DNA of 64,000 bases from Octopus sinensis (taxonomy: Eukaryota): assembly GCF_006345805.1 (NCBI RefSeq), contig NC_043009.1, positions 20,460,001-20,524,000 on the forward strand, read 5' to 3'. How positions within the stretch are numbered: position 1 is the stretch's first letter; each line of letters starts with the position of its first letter. The notes under the pieces are model-generated. The model did not search any database. It was not told the DNA's origin and saw only the letters and a list, made by a program, of their open reading frames with translations. Below are positions 25,360 through 39,428 of the stretch, piece by piece. Made by a program: the position numbers and the translations under genes.

Positions 25360-28300
25360 CTAAAAATAAACAATGAGTATATATATGGATGTGTATATAT
25401 ATGTGTATGTATATATGTAGACAGACAGATACAGTTATCTAGCTATCTATATATATGTATAGAAATGATGGCATAAGTAATTAGCGCAATAAATATGTTG
25501 TATCTTAATGAATAAATTGGTTTGATTCTAAGACAAGAGTAAGCAGCTGAAGTGTTTGTAAAGTGACAATAACTTGCCCAGCTACAGCAATACAACAGCT
25601 GACAAATACTTAATAAAATGTTTCATATCTCCCCGTGTCCTTGTAACAACGCACCTGGTGATTGAACTTCTACATGGCTCACTAGAAATGTTAAAAACAA
25701 CAGCTTTGTCCCCTTTAAATCATTTCCCTTCTGTCTTAAAAGGAAAAAAGATATTGAATGATATAGTCCTGAATAAAAGACAGGATGGTCATCACTGGAA
25801 TGCCTTTGGTTATAGGTTTATCTCTATTGCAGGGCAGACCTGGGGTTACCTGATCCCACCCAACCCCTCCCTCACTAAAAACAATAACAACCACCATAAA
25901 TAGATCAATTATTAGGACAAAATGTTGTAAGGGTAGATACAATAAATAAGGGTGCACTCTCTAAAGAAAGGTACATACTATAAATTATAATGGTAGATGT
26001 TATAAATGATAAAGGTACAACTGTAAATAAGGGTAGCTGTTACAAAAAGATATGGGTATACACTATAAATGAGAATATAAAATACTTAATAATTGCAAGT
26101 GGATTTAATGAACTATACCTCCAGCCTACCCCACAAAATACCAAAATGTGAATGGAATGAGAATAGAAACGCCTACTCCCACCCCACCACCAATGTACCC
26201 CACCGCCCTAATATGTAGCTTAGTGCTTAAGTTAGAAATCAATACAGTATTGATTATTAAAATTTAATATATCTAATCAATAGTGTTGTTTATAAAAATC
26301 TAACCTAACTGATCAATATTATATTGACTAACAAAAATCTTCTTAATCCAGTTAATAAGCTAAGCTGTAAACATTAATCTTGCCCTTAATTATATAAACA
26401 CTTAACCCTTCTCCGTTTATAAACAACAAATCAGTTATTTTTATCATAATTGGCTTGGGTTCATGAGGCTCTACATGGTCGCTAGAAATAGCAGTCAAAT
26501 GTTCCTCAAACCAAACACCACTGTCTTGAACAAAGAAGAACACACTGGATGTGTAATGCTGGACAATCCTCACAGAAGATGGTCATGGTTTGAATACGTT
26601 TTATCGCATGTTTATTGAACCGAAACTAAACTTCACTAGTATTAATGCCATGATAAAAATGGGTGTTCGTTTATGCCTAATGGTTAGGGTGTTGATCATG
26701 GGTTTGATTCCCAGACCAGATGGCACATTGAGTTCTTGAGCAAAACACTTCATTTCACATTGCTTAGTGATCATTTCAATATCTGACATGTGGCATACAT
26801 GTGGCACCTGTAGAGGCAGTGTTTATTTGATGGAAGTGAGCTTGAGTAAACACAAATTCTTCATCACCAACAACAAATCACCTGTGTGATTGTTCAACGA
26901 CAAACTGCAGAACCCTCATTCATCATCTAATGACAGGAGAGTTCATAATACACATACACCCACATACATATGGCGGTTGGTGTCGGAAAGGGCATCCAGC
27001 CGTAAAAACCCTGCCAAAACAGACAGTGAAGCCTGGTGCAATCTTCTGCCTAGCCAGCCCATCAAACCATCCAACTGATGCCAGCATGGAAAAATAGATC
27101 TTAAATGATGATGATGATGATACACACACACATGCATAAATAACTGATATTTATTCATTGTTAATGAACTGCACAGATGATTATGCAACTAAACATTATA
27201 TAAACAAACCCACCTGCTCTGTTTTATCTTCTATGTGTATACTGTGGCCTACACAACTGTACAGTCCAACTAAATGAAATTCAGACCACAATAATGCAAG
27301 TCCTTCTCAAAGTTATTCTTTGCATAAAAAGGAATACACACGGAATTCTAAATACTGGTTGTCATCCAATTTAAATCTAAATTGCACTAGATATAAAAAT
27401 ACATATATTTGGGGATATGCAGTGCTTGAGAAGATCCAGCAAGCCAAGTGAGATCGTAGCCATGGCCGATGCCAGTGTTGCATAGCTGGCCCATTTAAAA
27501 GCATCCTTTAATCATTGGGCAATATACTGTGCTTGTGGAGACCTGTTGAACCAAGTGAAATTGGAGTTGTGGCCAATGCCAGTGCCGCCTATGCTGGTGG
27601 CATGTAAAAAGTACCATTCGAGCATGGTTGTTGCAAGTGCTGCCTGACTGGTACCATACCAGAGGCACATAAAAAGCACCCAGTCAAACCCTCCAACCAT
27701 GCCAGCATGGAAAGCGAACATTAAATGACAATGATGATGGTATATATATATTATAAATGCAAAGTATGGATGTAAAATCTGCATTTCAATACTTGCAGCA
27801 GTGAAACAAAATTTGTTAAGGTAGAAACTGATAAAAGTAAATTTTCTATGGCTGAATAACATTCCTGTTACCAACCCTCACTTGTTAGGCAATATTCCTC
27901 CATGGCCAGACATGTTTTTACGAAAGTTTGGAGAAAAAAGGATATTGCTTGTATGAAGGTGACACTCATTTACAACTTTCATGTGATGCCAAGACAAAGG
28001 GACACACATACCGCCACATAATTATCATCAACTCTCAACATCTATCTTCCACACCACAAGGACTACAGTAATAGACACTTGTTCAAGGTACTATGCAGTG
28101 GAACTGAACCCGAATCCATTTGATTGAGAAACAACTTCTTAACCACACAGCCAGATGAGAACTTATTTTATGAAAGAATAGTGAGTAGTGTTTGTTGATC
28201 GAACTCTCATCTTTTTGTTGATCAAGCAAGCCATGAATTAAGAGTTAATAAGATGATTCCCACCTGACAATCAGTTGAAGAATTCACTGCCATCATATGA

Positions 28301-29961
28301 CCATATGGCCATTTTGCCTTCCCCACCACCCACCCCCTACTTTTGGTTAAACACATACAGGAGAAGATGTTGCACTGCTTGGTCAAGTGATTGCTACAAA
28401 AAAAAAAACTTGGCAAAAAGATATATTGGGGGACAAACCTGAATAAGGGAACCAGTGAGAAATCAGGAATGGAAAAATCAAAAAAGATTAGAATAAAAAT
28501 GATGAGCAACATTACTAGATGGTGTCCTCCTCTTATCTCTTCCAACTCTACTATGACAGTCTCCTATTTCCTCAACTTGTCAACAATAGGTTGAAGCAAT
28601 GCTTTGTAATTCTGTAGGTTTGGGTTCAATCCCATCCCGTGACATCCTGAACAAATGTCTCCTACCATAGCCTAAGGTCAATCAAAGCTTCCTAACTAAA
28701 ATTAAGTAAATGGAAACTGTGGAGAAGCTTGATGTGTGGACCATTTCTCTTTATAATCCAATACCCTATTTAGCACCATCATCTGACCCTTGGCTAGTTT
28801 TGAGTTCACTGTTGAGCTCAAGTGAGGTCCCTATTTCAAGATAACTTCTTCCCTTCTTCCTTCCAGAAACCCTGACAAAAGGATCTGATTCAGTCGTGTA
28901 ACCAACCAGTTCTACTTCAACACACCCACCCACCCCTCACGCAAAACTTTTGTTGTCTCCTCTTTCTACCCTCCCTCCCTCCCACCCAATATTTCATCCT
29001 CAAACATTCAAGCAAGCTGCAAAGTCCTTCCCTCTGCTCTTCCTAACATTAACAGTTCAACAATTTACGTTATTGTGGTTGATGTAATAATAATGAATGG
29101 ACTCTTCTGTCGAAGATGATGTATGACTGTCCAGCTTCTACAAAAACAACCTGCAGCAAAAAATGATTTGTTTAAAGTGATCAAGTGCATGTGCCATACA
29201 TTAGCTCACTTCCTCCAACAAATCAATGTTGCCTGAACAGGTGTATGGAGTACCATGTGGCAGGTGTCAAAGTGATTGCAAAGCAACGTGAGGTGAAGTG
29301 TTTTGCTCAAGAACACAATGCACCACCCGGTCTAGGAATTGAAACCACAATCTCGCAATCATGAGTACAATACCAAAACCATAAGGCCATGCATCTTCAT
29401 GCATGGCCTTGGTGTTGGGAAGGACATCCAGCCATAAAAACCCTGCCAAAACATACATTGAGACATGGTGCCGTCTTCTGCCTGGCCAGCTCCTATCAAA
29501 CTTTCCAGCATGGAAAGTGGACGTTAAATGATGACGATGTGAATGTAAAGAGTTATAAGAGATGGAGGATAGTCATGTTGGACTTTTGTATAAATTTCAT
29601 GGAAAATCAATCTTCACAGAAATGAAATTTTAAATGTATCAAATGTTATGATCCACAAGAACAGTTACCAAATTTTTCCCTGTTGCAGTGTGCCAAATGA
29701 CAAAGGGCTCTAAGGAATGGCAAGTTGCTCTGAGATCCATTCAATCCATAACAGCCTGAGAAAATGGACAGATGATGATGATGTGTATACAGAGAGAAAT
29801 TATTAGTATCTGTGAATTAACTGTAAAATATACATCATCTTCATCAGTTGTCTGTGAGTTTGTATAACATCTTTAAAAGCAGACTGTAAAATGTGTACTG
29901 GTGTTCCATTTATTTGTCTGTTTAGTGAAACAGTCTTTATTTGATCTGGAATTAAACTTAC

Positions 29962-30137
29962 CACAAAATACATGACCGCAATTTGTTTCAACTCCAAAAG
30001 AAAGATCATCAAGACAAACAGGACAATTCGATTCATTCTGCCTTCGATTAGGATTGCTTACAGGTACGCGGTTCAGGTGTTCTCGAGCTGTTTGGACATT
30101 TTCTAGACTATCAGGATGGATTATTTGATGGTTATAA
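29962..30137 (-). CDS. RNF170: RNF170 exon, first half of the RING domain
   Basis: tttag|TTATAAC...TGTG|gtaagt; YNHQIIHPDSLENVQTAREHLNRVPVSNPNRRQNESNCPVCLDDLSFGVETNCGHVFC; 176 nt. Confidence 0.95.
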
Positions 30138-32413
30138 CTAAAATATAAATGAAACAGACAAGACATTAACAGATTTATTTTAGGTTTCAATCAAGACATC
30201 ATAGAAAAGATACTTTACTCATTTTGAGTCACAAATTATTAACAGCATTCATAACAACAACAACAACAACAACTACAAATACCAAAATATTCTAACACCT
30301 TGCAACCAGGTTAAGCATAAAAAAATAAAAAGGCCTCAAATTTTTTTTTTTCTCATAGGCAACAATAATTATGACAACAATATACTTGAAATAATTAAAA
30401 TATTTGTGACTGATTTTGGTAATCTTTGTAATTAGTAGAAGGTAATGAGCTGGCATAATCATTACTACTTTGGACAAAATGTTAAACAGCATTTCTTCTG
30501 ACTACATTCTGAGTTCAAATGCTGCCAGGTCAACTTTGCCCCTTTCAGAGTCAATAAAATATGCACCAGTTGAGCACTAGGGTCAATTCCATCGTCCCCT
30601 ACCCTACCCCCAAAATTGCTGGCCTTGAGCCAAAATTGGAAACCAATATTTGTAATTTGTAAATAAGTTAAGAAAATTTGTAACATTAAAATGAAATGAT
30701 TAAAACCAACATCTGAAAGCAATTTTCGGCCGTGTCATTTTTGTGTTCTTTCTCAAAGAAGTGGAGCTGGGGTTAAAAATGTGCACAAAATCAGTTGTAG
30801 TAAAAGAGAAAACTGTACAGGTATGGAAATGTTAATGCGTATGAAGAGGGGCCAAATTATCTAAAGAGAAAGAACCTGCAAAAAAGGAAGAGGTGGGAAG
30901 AAATGACTGAAGCCAGAAGGCAGATAAGGCACCACAATAAATGGTAAACACTGTTCTGGGGAAGACCTGTCAAACCCCTGCCATCAATTGTTCTGATTAC
31001 TTAGGATTCATCTGAAAAACAACTGATAAAGAATCAATTTATTCTTTATTGTCACATCTGTTTCTAAAGATGGTAACATATTAGGTGATGTACCAAGTCA
31101 AATGGTGAAGTACTAGGTGAAGTTACAACACCATTCAGAGAAACAAAATATACAAACAAATCTGATGAATGACCAAGCTTTAATACAGTAAAACTGACAT
31201 CAAAATTATATAATTCTTCAAACCATTTCCTTTTGATTCCCAAACTTTACTCTTGTCATTTTAACAAATTGCATAAACTTATAATCAATCATTAGTTAAA
31301 ATGCAAAATTTTAACATTCCTCGTGTTTACGGACAGTGGACGACAGAATCAGCAGAACACTGACCAAACTAGCTTAGTTAAACTTTGATTTTAAATGTTC
31401 TTGTTGTTGTTCCAGTTCCAGCCCAGATCAAGCAGGCCCAGGATCAAAGCTATTACAGCCTTGATCCACCTTGTCTCAGACGACGCTGTCTAAAAACGTT
31501 CTTTTGACAACCCTTTATAGTATAGAACAATTTCTGACAGTCCTTTCTAGTATAAAATACATTTTGATAACCCTTTATTGTCCCCATAATCAAGACATAA
31601 AACTAAAGAGAGAGAGAGTGAGAGAGAGAGAGAGTGTGTGTGTGTGTGTGTGTGTGTGTTATAAAATGGTTTTCCTGATTCTTCCGCCTGTTATTGTTTT
31701 AATACATGAAGTCAAATCAAGTCACTTGTCAAAGAAATACAACACCGAAATGCATACATACATATGTAAACACACACAGATATATGTATGTGTGTGTATA
31801 TATATATACACACACACATTCATGGAAGTGGCCGGTTCAAAGGAACAGTGTCAGGCCACTCCAAACAAGGAATCTGAGAATCAAGGTTTTTAATGCATAA
31901 CCGTCAGTCCGGCAAAATATATTTTTGTCGAACTGAGAATAAGTGTGTGAGGTAATAAGACATTTTTGTTAAGTTGAGATATCTAGCGGTTTCAAAATGA
32001 TGATAGGATCATCGACGTAGATACGATTTACACTAGTATGGTGCTGAACCGACTACTCTTATGTAATAATCATTACCCAAAAAACGGATGCAGAAACTTT
32101 CTGGTCGTTTCTGTTGATCACATATCTAGGTTGATGACCAGAATATATGATGTTTGTGTAAGAGCAGGAAGTATTATCTGGAAAATAACCCTCTTTGGCA
32201 GATGTGTAGTACTCCCCTAGAAGGCCGAAAATAGACACCTTCTGATGCATAATTATATCAAAGTAAAACGTGGGCAGATGTGTTATAAAAGTTGAGGGCG
32301 AGGCAAGGAGGGCACGACGAAATATTAATAGATGTTTATTTATGAAATTAACTAACAACAGAAATGAATCAGTTATTTTCACTATCAACTTATATAAAGT
32401 GACAATAGCTCAC

Positions 32414-32520
32414 CGTTTTTTCATGGTCGCAAAAATTGTAATTAGAATGAATGGCAATATAGTGAGGAGACATGCATAGATGACTTCATCGCCAACGCCT
32501 TCAAGGAAAGTTGATGACAT
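32414..32520 (-). CDS. RNF170: RNF170 first coding exon (N-terminal transmembrane helix)
   Basis: ATG at 32520; MSSTFLEGVGDEVIYACLLTILPFILITIFATMKK(R), matching the RNF170 'EGV.D.V' plus TM motif; donor gtgagc; 107 nt. A likely acceptor near 32625 suggests a non-coding upstream exon. Confidence 0.9.
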
Positions 32521-32624
32521 TGCTAATCCAAGAGAGAAGAAATAGTAGAAGGAACTTCAGAACTGTGTTGCTTTACAGGTTTAGAAGAAAGATGTTTCTA
32601 ATTTTACAGTAATTATAAACCAAC

Positions 32625-33681
32625 TGTAGATTAAATTTATAGCTTCAATTTATTTTACAAACTGGTCTAGAAAATGGAGAGGAGAATGGCATTAAAAGGT
32701 TTTATAAAATGTATATAAAGAAAGTTGTCAAGTCTTGTCTTTAATTAAACGCTGTGGATGACAGGAGAACACCGTTTGTGACACGTTTAATTAGAAAGAC
32801 TTGTCAGAAATAGAAAACTTTCCCTCACTATTTAAACTTCCAACTTTCTTTGAGCAAACACCTTGTTGACATTTAGTATTAAAAAATAAATAAAACATTT
32901 TAAACTCCTAAAGAATTAATAAACAACATCTCTGTAAGAGAAATATATCAAATAAGTTAAATATTTATAACATTGTGACAAATAACTTTGTAATTTACAC
33001 AAAAGTCTCTATTTGTTTACGACAAACTTAAGTTGCTCAAACAATTAACAAACTCTACTAACATTTCAGTTTCTGTTGCCCGATTATAGCTATATAAACT
33101 AATAAAGTAGTTCAATAACTATTTATATATAGAGAGAGAGATGTTAAATTAATTCAGACGATGATTAATAAATAATTCTACCCCAAAATAACTTGACAGT
33201 CTTCGGTGTTGTTCAACTTTTAGCGGAACTCGCTACAGTTATCTCCCTTGAAACAACCTTTTCTTTCTTTTTTTCTTTTATACTTTCTTCATTTCAGGCT
33301 GATGAAAAAATACGGAACGCTTCTCGTGCAATATATTTTCTCAGCTTTCATATAAGTATTGAAAAATGTTTACATACAAATACAAAAGGATAAGTTTATT
33401 TGCTATTATTTTACATCATTTTAATATTTCATTAATATTTACTGGCAACATGAAGTCAGTATTGATGTTGTATCTTCCTTTGTGAAGTAATGTTTATGAC
33501 AAAGTTACTACTCCATACATTTAACAGGTCGTTGTCATCAGCCAAGTCGACGACTTCCACTTTGGAGAAACGTCTTTAAATAATAAAAACCTCCAGGGAT
33601 GCTCGCTGATAATAATTCCATACTTTAATATATAAGAGTCTACAAATAATTACCTGACTACGTTGTCAATAAACTGACAAA
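32625..33681. promoter_or_regulatory. Putative bidirectional promoter and 5' UTR region shared by RNF170 and Hook
   Basis: Divergent ATGs at 32520 (-) and 33682 (+); no recognisable TE in between; local CpG clusters near 33200-33330 and 33530-33690. TSSs cannot be determined from sequence. Confidence 0.6.
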
Positions 33682-33720
33682 ATGGACCGAACCTACTCTT
33701 ATTCAATGTTAATTAAATGG
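33682..33720 (+). CDS. HOOK3: Hook-family protein, first coding exon
   Basis: ATG...TGG|gtaagt; MDRTYSYSMLIKW, ending at the conserved Trp in phase 0 and joining exon 51115 in frame. Short, so less certain. The symbol is nominal because vertebrate HOOK1-3 orthology is unresolved. Confidence 0.72.
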
Positions 33721-34199
33721 GTAAGTTGGTTAATTATTATTAAAACTCTTAATTACTCCATCTCTCTCCTCTTTTATAGACTTTGTACATTTGCTTACTC
33801 AACTTTTTTGGCCGTTTTCTTTCTTGATCTTTTCATTTATAATTAAATTAGATTGGGATTCTTTAAAAATACTCAAATTCAGAATCTGTTATTTCATATA
33901 AACTAAATTTAAAGCAATGTTAATTACTGTTTTTTGATAAATCTTGCCTAGAGATAGTCAAATCTTGTCTATAGAAACATTGAAGTACCACCCATTATTC
34001 GTCCTCCTAGCAACTGTGTACATAGTTTTAAGGCACACAAACCTTATATTTACTTTATAAACACTCAATCACATTAATGTCTTGCGATTGATCTAAATTA
34101 CCATTTTTTTAACTATTTCCTCTTGGAATATTTCACTCTGTTCTACGAATAGCTGTAAATTATGACCTACCGTAATTCTCTTAATCGTATATAAATATA

Positions 34200-34345
34200 T
34201 ATATATAGAGAGAGAGACAGATAGATAGATATGGTTAGATAGATAGATATGGATAGATAGATAGATAGATATGGTTAGATAGATAGATAGATAGATATGG
34301 TTAGATAGATAGATAGATAGATAGATATGGATAGATAAATAGATA
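34200..34345. repeat. Compound (GATA)n minisatellite with ATGG/ATGGTT interruptions
   Basis: Read directly from the sequence; in Hook intron 1. Confidence 0.93.
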
Positions 34346-35997
34346 GAATTTTGCCATTTCATAGAATCTGCTGTTATTGGGTTACTTTATGTATGATTAT
34401 CGCCAATCTTGACAGATCTTTCACCAAGTCCAATATTCTCGTGGGTTGTCTTGAAGCTCACTTCATTAATACAACTCCAAGAACGTGGCATTTCCACCGA
34501 CGACTCTCTATTAGACAAATATTTACTGAATCCTCGTTTTGTTTTGGATAAAATTCCATTTTAATTTAGTTTAATATTGTGGCAGCTATAAATAGAATTT
34601 ATGTGTTGTTTGTATGATGACATTTCTTTTTGGTGCTGGCACTTTTTTGATAGTTTGAGGAAATAACATGTAATGTTATGTAATTTTTACTAAAACACTT
34701 CTCGTATTAAATCCCTTCTGTTAACTAAAATATTTTGTAGTGCCTCTTCATGTCTCAATCAGTGATTAATACGCTTTTGGTTTCATATAACGGTAATTTT
34801 GATGAATATTATCATATTGTTTACTGTTCAATGTTCTTAATCATCATTTCCTTCGTCCAACGACCCTTTTTTATGACGCTAACCTCCCTCAGATCACACT
34901 CGACTACATGATGTAATCCGAGAGAGGATGGTCATGGCTGGAATACTTTGATCATACCTCTACTGAGGGTTGACCAGCAGGATCAACGTCCCTTCGTCCA
35001 CTTATATAAAGTGTCAACTCCGTTTGCCTCTCGAAAATTTTGTCGACTTCCCTCTTGCTCAGTTTTCTCCTATATTCGTCGAATACTTTTCTCAGAATCA
35101 AGACTGATCAAAACTGTTAGTGTGTGTGTGTGTGTGCGTCAGTCAGTCACCTAAATTCTTCGTCAAACTTTTTTAAAGTTTGTAGAGAGAGGAATGGAGA
35201 GAGTTTGTTTGCCATAATATGTAAAAGAGAGAAAAAATATAGAAGTGACATACCATGGCAACACAAAGTTCTCTGTTCTTCAGACTCATCAATAGGTTGG
35301 TTATTTATATGGGACATGGTTGGAGAAGAAGATTTACACAACATGAATTATTTCAGCAAAAACAAAAATTATCCAATTTATTATTAACAGGCTTTTATCA
35401 AAATATGTATTTTAGTTTCGTTCATATATACAGAAATATTTATTAGAACCCCCCCCCCCCTCTCTCTCCTAGAATATCATCTGATCCTGTAGACTGACCC
35501 TTCCACTGGACCCTGGTTATATATGATTTTCTTGAGGTATCAGAGGAGCCCATACATATTGCCAGTGGACCTATTAAAAATACCAGCCAAAATCCCTTAC
35601 ATCACGCTTTACTGTCTTCAAAAAAACGAAGGACATGAGACAGTCATTGCTGAAATGTATGTAATCATAGGTCTGCTTGATCAGGACTGATCTATCGCTA
35701 AACAACCATTAGATTTAGTTTGCTTTGTTTTTGTTAATTGAAAACATGAAACCTACAAGTTAGTGCTGGAGATGCCCTGCTAGAAATAGCAGATCTCTCC
35801 CGCCCCCCCACACACACACACAAATCACACCCTATGGCCTTTGGTCATAGGTCTACACAGTCAGAGCTCAACTGGAGTTCCACAATACTTCCACATTTCC
35901 CTCTTTCATTCCTTGATCTGATTCAATGACCCACCATGTGTTTCTGTTTGCACTCCACCTTAAAACCTTGAGATCACTGATGAAGGAACCTCTACAG

Positions 35998-36067
35998 TAG
36001 GGGTCCCCAAACTTTTTAGACCATTGACCCCCTTAAATAGTCCCATCGACCACTTTGGAGAACCCTG
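35998..36067. mobile_element. 70-bp hAT (Charlie-like) mini-MITE
   Basis: Imperfect TIRs TAGGGGTCCCCAAACT and CAGGGTTCTCCAAAGT; perfect 8-bp TSD CTCTACAG at 35990 and 36068. Confidence 0.8.
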
Positions 36068-37947
36068 CTCTACAGGGTTGTATAATTTTTTAGAAGTAGC
36101 AGCAAAATTCTCTCAAACCATTCCCTACTGCATCAGAAAGCAACATGTTACAACATCCATGACTGGTGCCATGTTTCTGCTCTACTTGTCGTTGCATAAT
36201 CAAAATTAAAAAACCAGGGACTTTTGTTTAGATTTTAGATTTTGAAGTAAAATTATTATTTCTTGCTCCCTAAAATCTCTTTCATTCCCCATAGGTTAGG
36301 GATGTAGTAGCTCCACCACAACCCCCAGCACCACAATTAGCGTGTTGGGAGGTCCTACCTACAGTGTTTAGTTGTATGTATATATTCTTTTATAACTGTA
36401 ATTACTTTCGCACACACAACCATGCCCCAATGTGGAGGAGACACAGTTTGGTGCTGGACTGAAATGTCAAATCTCTCTTTCTGTAGCAACATTGTTGAAA
36501 ACAAGTAGGGATAGAGGTGGGGCATGTAGAAACCATGTGAAATAGATTTACCACTTTGATGATCGTAGCCTTACTCTGTGTGTGTGGTTAAGAGGCTTGC
36601 TTCCCAACCATATGGTCTTGCATTTGGTTTCACTGTGTGGCATTTTGCATAAGGGGTCTTCTACTAAAGCCCTTGAATTTGTACATGTATGTAGTAATGG
36701 CAGAAGCAGCTGAGAAGAATTCCAACTGGATCTGGTCTAAGAGGAATGGAAATGAATTAGAAAAGGCATAATTTAGCCAATAGGCGATTGGTGTGTTAGA
36801 GTGAAGTAGTTACAACACCCAAGGTACCTTGGGTCCAGGGTACTTAAACCATCCATGTGGGTTGTCATGCAGGTGGTAGCACAGAATGTGATGGCAGAGG
36901 AGTATCCAGGATTTATGACATGAATACAACGTGGGCCCCCTTTAGAATGTAAAAAGTTAAGGGCTAAAACACTTGCATGAGGGTGAGTGGAGAGTCTTCT
37001 CTGAAGACCTTCTGCTCTTCAGTTGTCTCTGCCATCACCCACTTCAACACGACAAGCCTTTCCATCACTCAGTTATCAGTGTGTGGCATTGCCACACCCC
37101 ATGGCACTATACTCTCAAGGAAACAGAGGGAATAACTTCATATTCAAACTTGGTACCATGTCACTGGTCCGTTTTTCCTTCTACACCCCCTCCCCTTATT
37201 TCATTAAACCCTTTCTGATCCTTCATCTCCCCCTTCCCTACACCTCATTCTTAATTTCTTCTTTTCTACTATCTACCTCTCTCTTTCTTTCTCTCTCTCT
37301 CTCTCTCTTTCCCCCTCTCGTCCTATTCACATATGAAGCTCCCAGATCTTTGCATTTCTTATAGTTGCAGCCATTTTTTTCATTTTTTTTTTTTCACTTA
37401 GAGGATGTAAAATTCTGCTGTTTCTTTAATTTCTCTCTCAACTTTTTCTTGAAGAAAAAAATCTGAGACATTAGATTTTCCACTCCTCACACCAATTTCA
37501 TTCTTTTTGTTAATTTTACTAAATAATACAAGTCTTGCCGACACAGACCAACACCAATCTCTTTAGTGTCTGCTTTATTCTATATAAATCATCATCATTA
37601 TCATTTAATGTCCATTTTCCATGCTGGTTTGACAAGAGCTGGCAAGGTCAGGTACACTACCAAGCTCCATTGTCTGTTTTGGAATGGTTTCTGCAGAGGA
37701 GTACCCTTCTTAATGCCAACCACTTTTCAGAATGTAAATGGGTCCTTTTTCATGGCACTAGCACACACATGAACATCATCACTACCACCACATATAAAAA
37801 TATGAAACTGGTGCAGCCTTCTCACTCACCAACATTCAGTCAAGCCATCCAACCCATGCCAGCATGGAAAGCAGATGTTAAACGATGATGATGATGTTAA
37901 TATTTTTATATATTTATGTCTTTAGATATATATATATCTCCCCAAAA

Positions 37948-37980
<33 letters not shown>

Positions 37981-38127
37981 CACACACACATATATACATA
38001 CATATATATATATACACATATATATACATACATATATACACACACATATATATACACAAATATACATACATAAATATATATACTTATATATATACATATA
38101 TTTGTATATGAAGCCAGTATGCTCCGA

Positions 38128-39010
38128 TGGATGTGTAATGTCAGTGTACATACTCGACAGAGTGTAAGTACCTTGAGAGAGAAGTTGGACCTAAGAAGCA
38201 TCAGTTATGGTGTGGTCATGTGGCAAGAATGGATGAGGATAGCTGTGTGAAAAAGTGCCACACCCTAGTGATTGAGGGAACCTGTGGAAGCGGTAGACCC
38301 AGGAAAACCTGGGTGAGGTGGTGAAGCACAACCTTCGAACATTAGGCCTCACCGAGGCAATGACTAGTGACCAAGACCTTTGGAAATATGCTGTGCGTGA
38401 GAAGACCTAGCAAGACAAGTGAGACCATAACTCATGACCTTTACCAGGGGTGTAGGCAGCCCACTTATGCATTCCTTTCCTTCTTTGGACACTAAACTCT
38501 GCTTGCGAAGACCTGTTGGGGCAAATGAAATCGAAATTGAAACAAATTTGATGACTGGCACCCGTGCCAGTGGAGCGCAAACAGCTCCATCCGAGCGGGA
38601 TCACTGCCAGAGCAGCTGTCTGGCTTCCGTATCAGTGGCTCATAAAAAGCACCATTTGAGCATGATCGTTACCAGCGTCGCCTTACTGGCACTTGTGCTG
38701 GTGACACGTGAACAAAATATTCAAGCGAGGTCATTGCCAGTGCTGCTGTACTGACTCCTGTGCAGGTGGCACATAAAAAACGCCATTTGAGCATGGCCGT
38801 TGCCAATACTGCCAGACTGGCCCTTGTGCCGGTGGCACGTAAAAGCACCCACTACACTCTCGGAGTGGTTGGTGTTAGGAAGGACATCCAGCTGTAGAAT
38901 CTCTACCAGATCAGATTGGAGCCTGGTGCAGCCATCTGGTTCGCCAGTCCCCAGTCAAATTATCCAACCCATGCTAGCATGGAAAGCGGACGTTAAATGA
39001 TGATGATGAT
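38128..39010 (+). mobile_element. RTE LINE 3' end with long 3' UTR and (GAT)n tail
   Basis: WCGHVARMDEDSCVKKC...TCGSGRPRKT, continuing into the abundant '...CATGGAAAGCGGACGTTAAATGATGATG' sequence. Confidence 0.85.
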
Positions 39011-39070
39011 GAAATACATGCATACATATACATACATATATACATATGTATATATATGTGTGTGTGTGTG

Positions 39071-39128
<58 letters not shown>

Positions 39129-39145
39129 AACGTATATAAATACAT

Positions 39146-39428
39146 AGTGAAAGTATTAATAGTTTCACTATTAAAACTGAAAGTATTATCTCACATTACA
39201 ATTGAGATGTTATTGTTTCACTTTTGACACATAATGCTGAAATAGTGTAGGAGATAAGAGATTGCTCCAAGCTCGCATTAGGCAAGAAGTCAAAAATTTT
39301 TTGGGCCCATGACACTGCATGGACCCTAAGTAAGGCATGTGTAAAATTTGAATGAAATCAGTTGGGTACTTCATGAGTTATAGTGATGCACACAGACAGA
39401 CACACATTCTCAGTTTTATATATGTAGA
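39146..39428 (-). mobile_element. 5' fragment of the same Helitron family as copies A and B
   Basis: A|TCTACATATATAAAACTGAGAATGTG start; ~280 nt similar to 7330-7586. Confidence 0.75.

Noticed and set aside
25355-25362. Tandem acceptor TAG-CTAG in an RNF170 exon
   Set aside because: The alternative AG is 4 nt away and would frameshift; nothing suggests it is used.
37885-38201. Y/I/H/T-rich ORFs here and at 755, 34093, 42454, 59042-59511 and 60657-61234
   Set aside because: They are translations of microsatellites.
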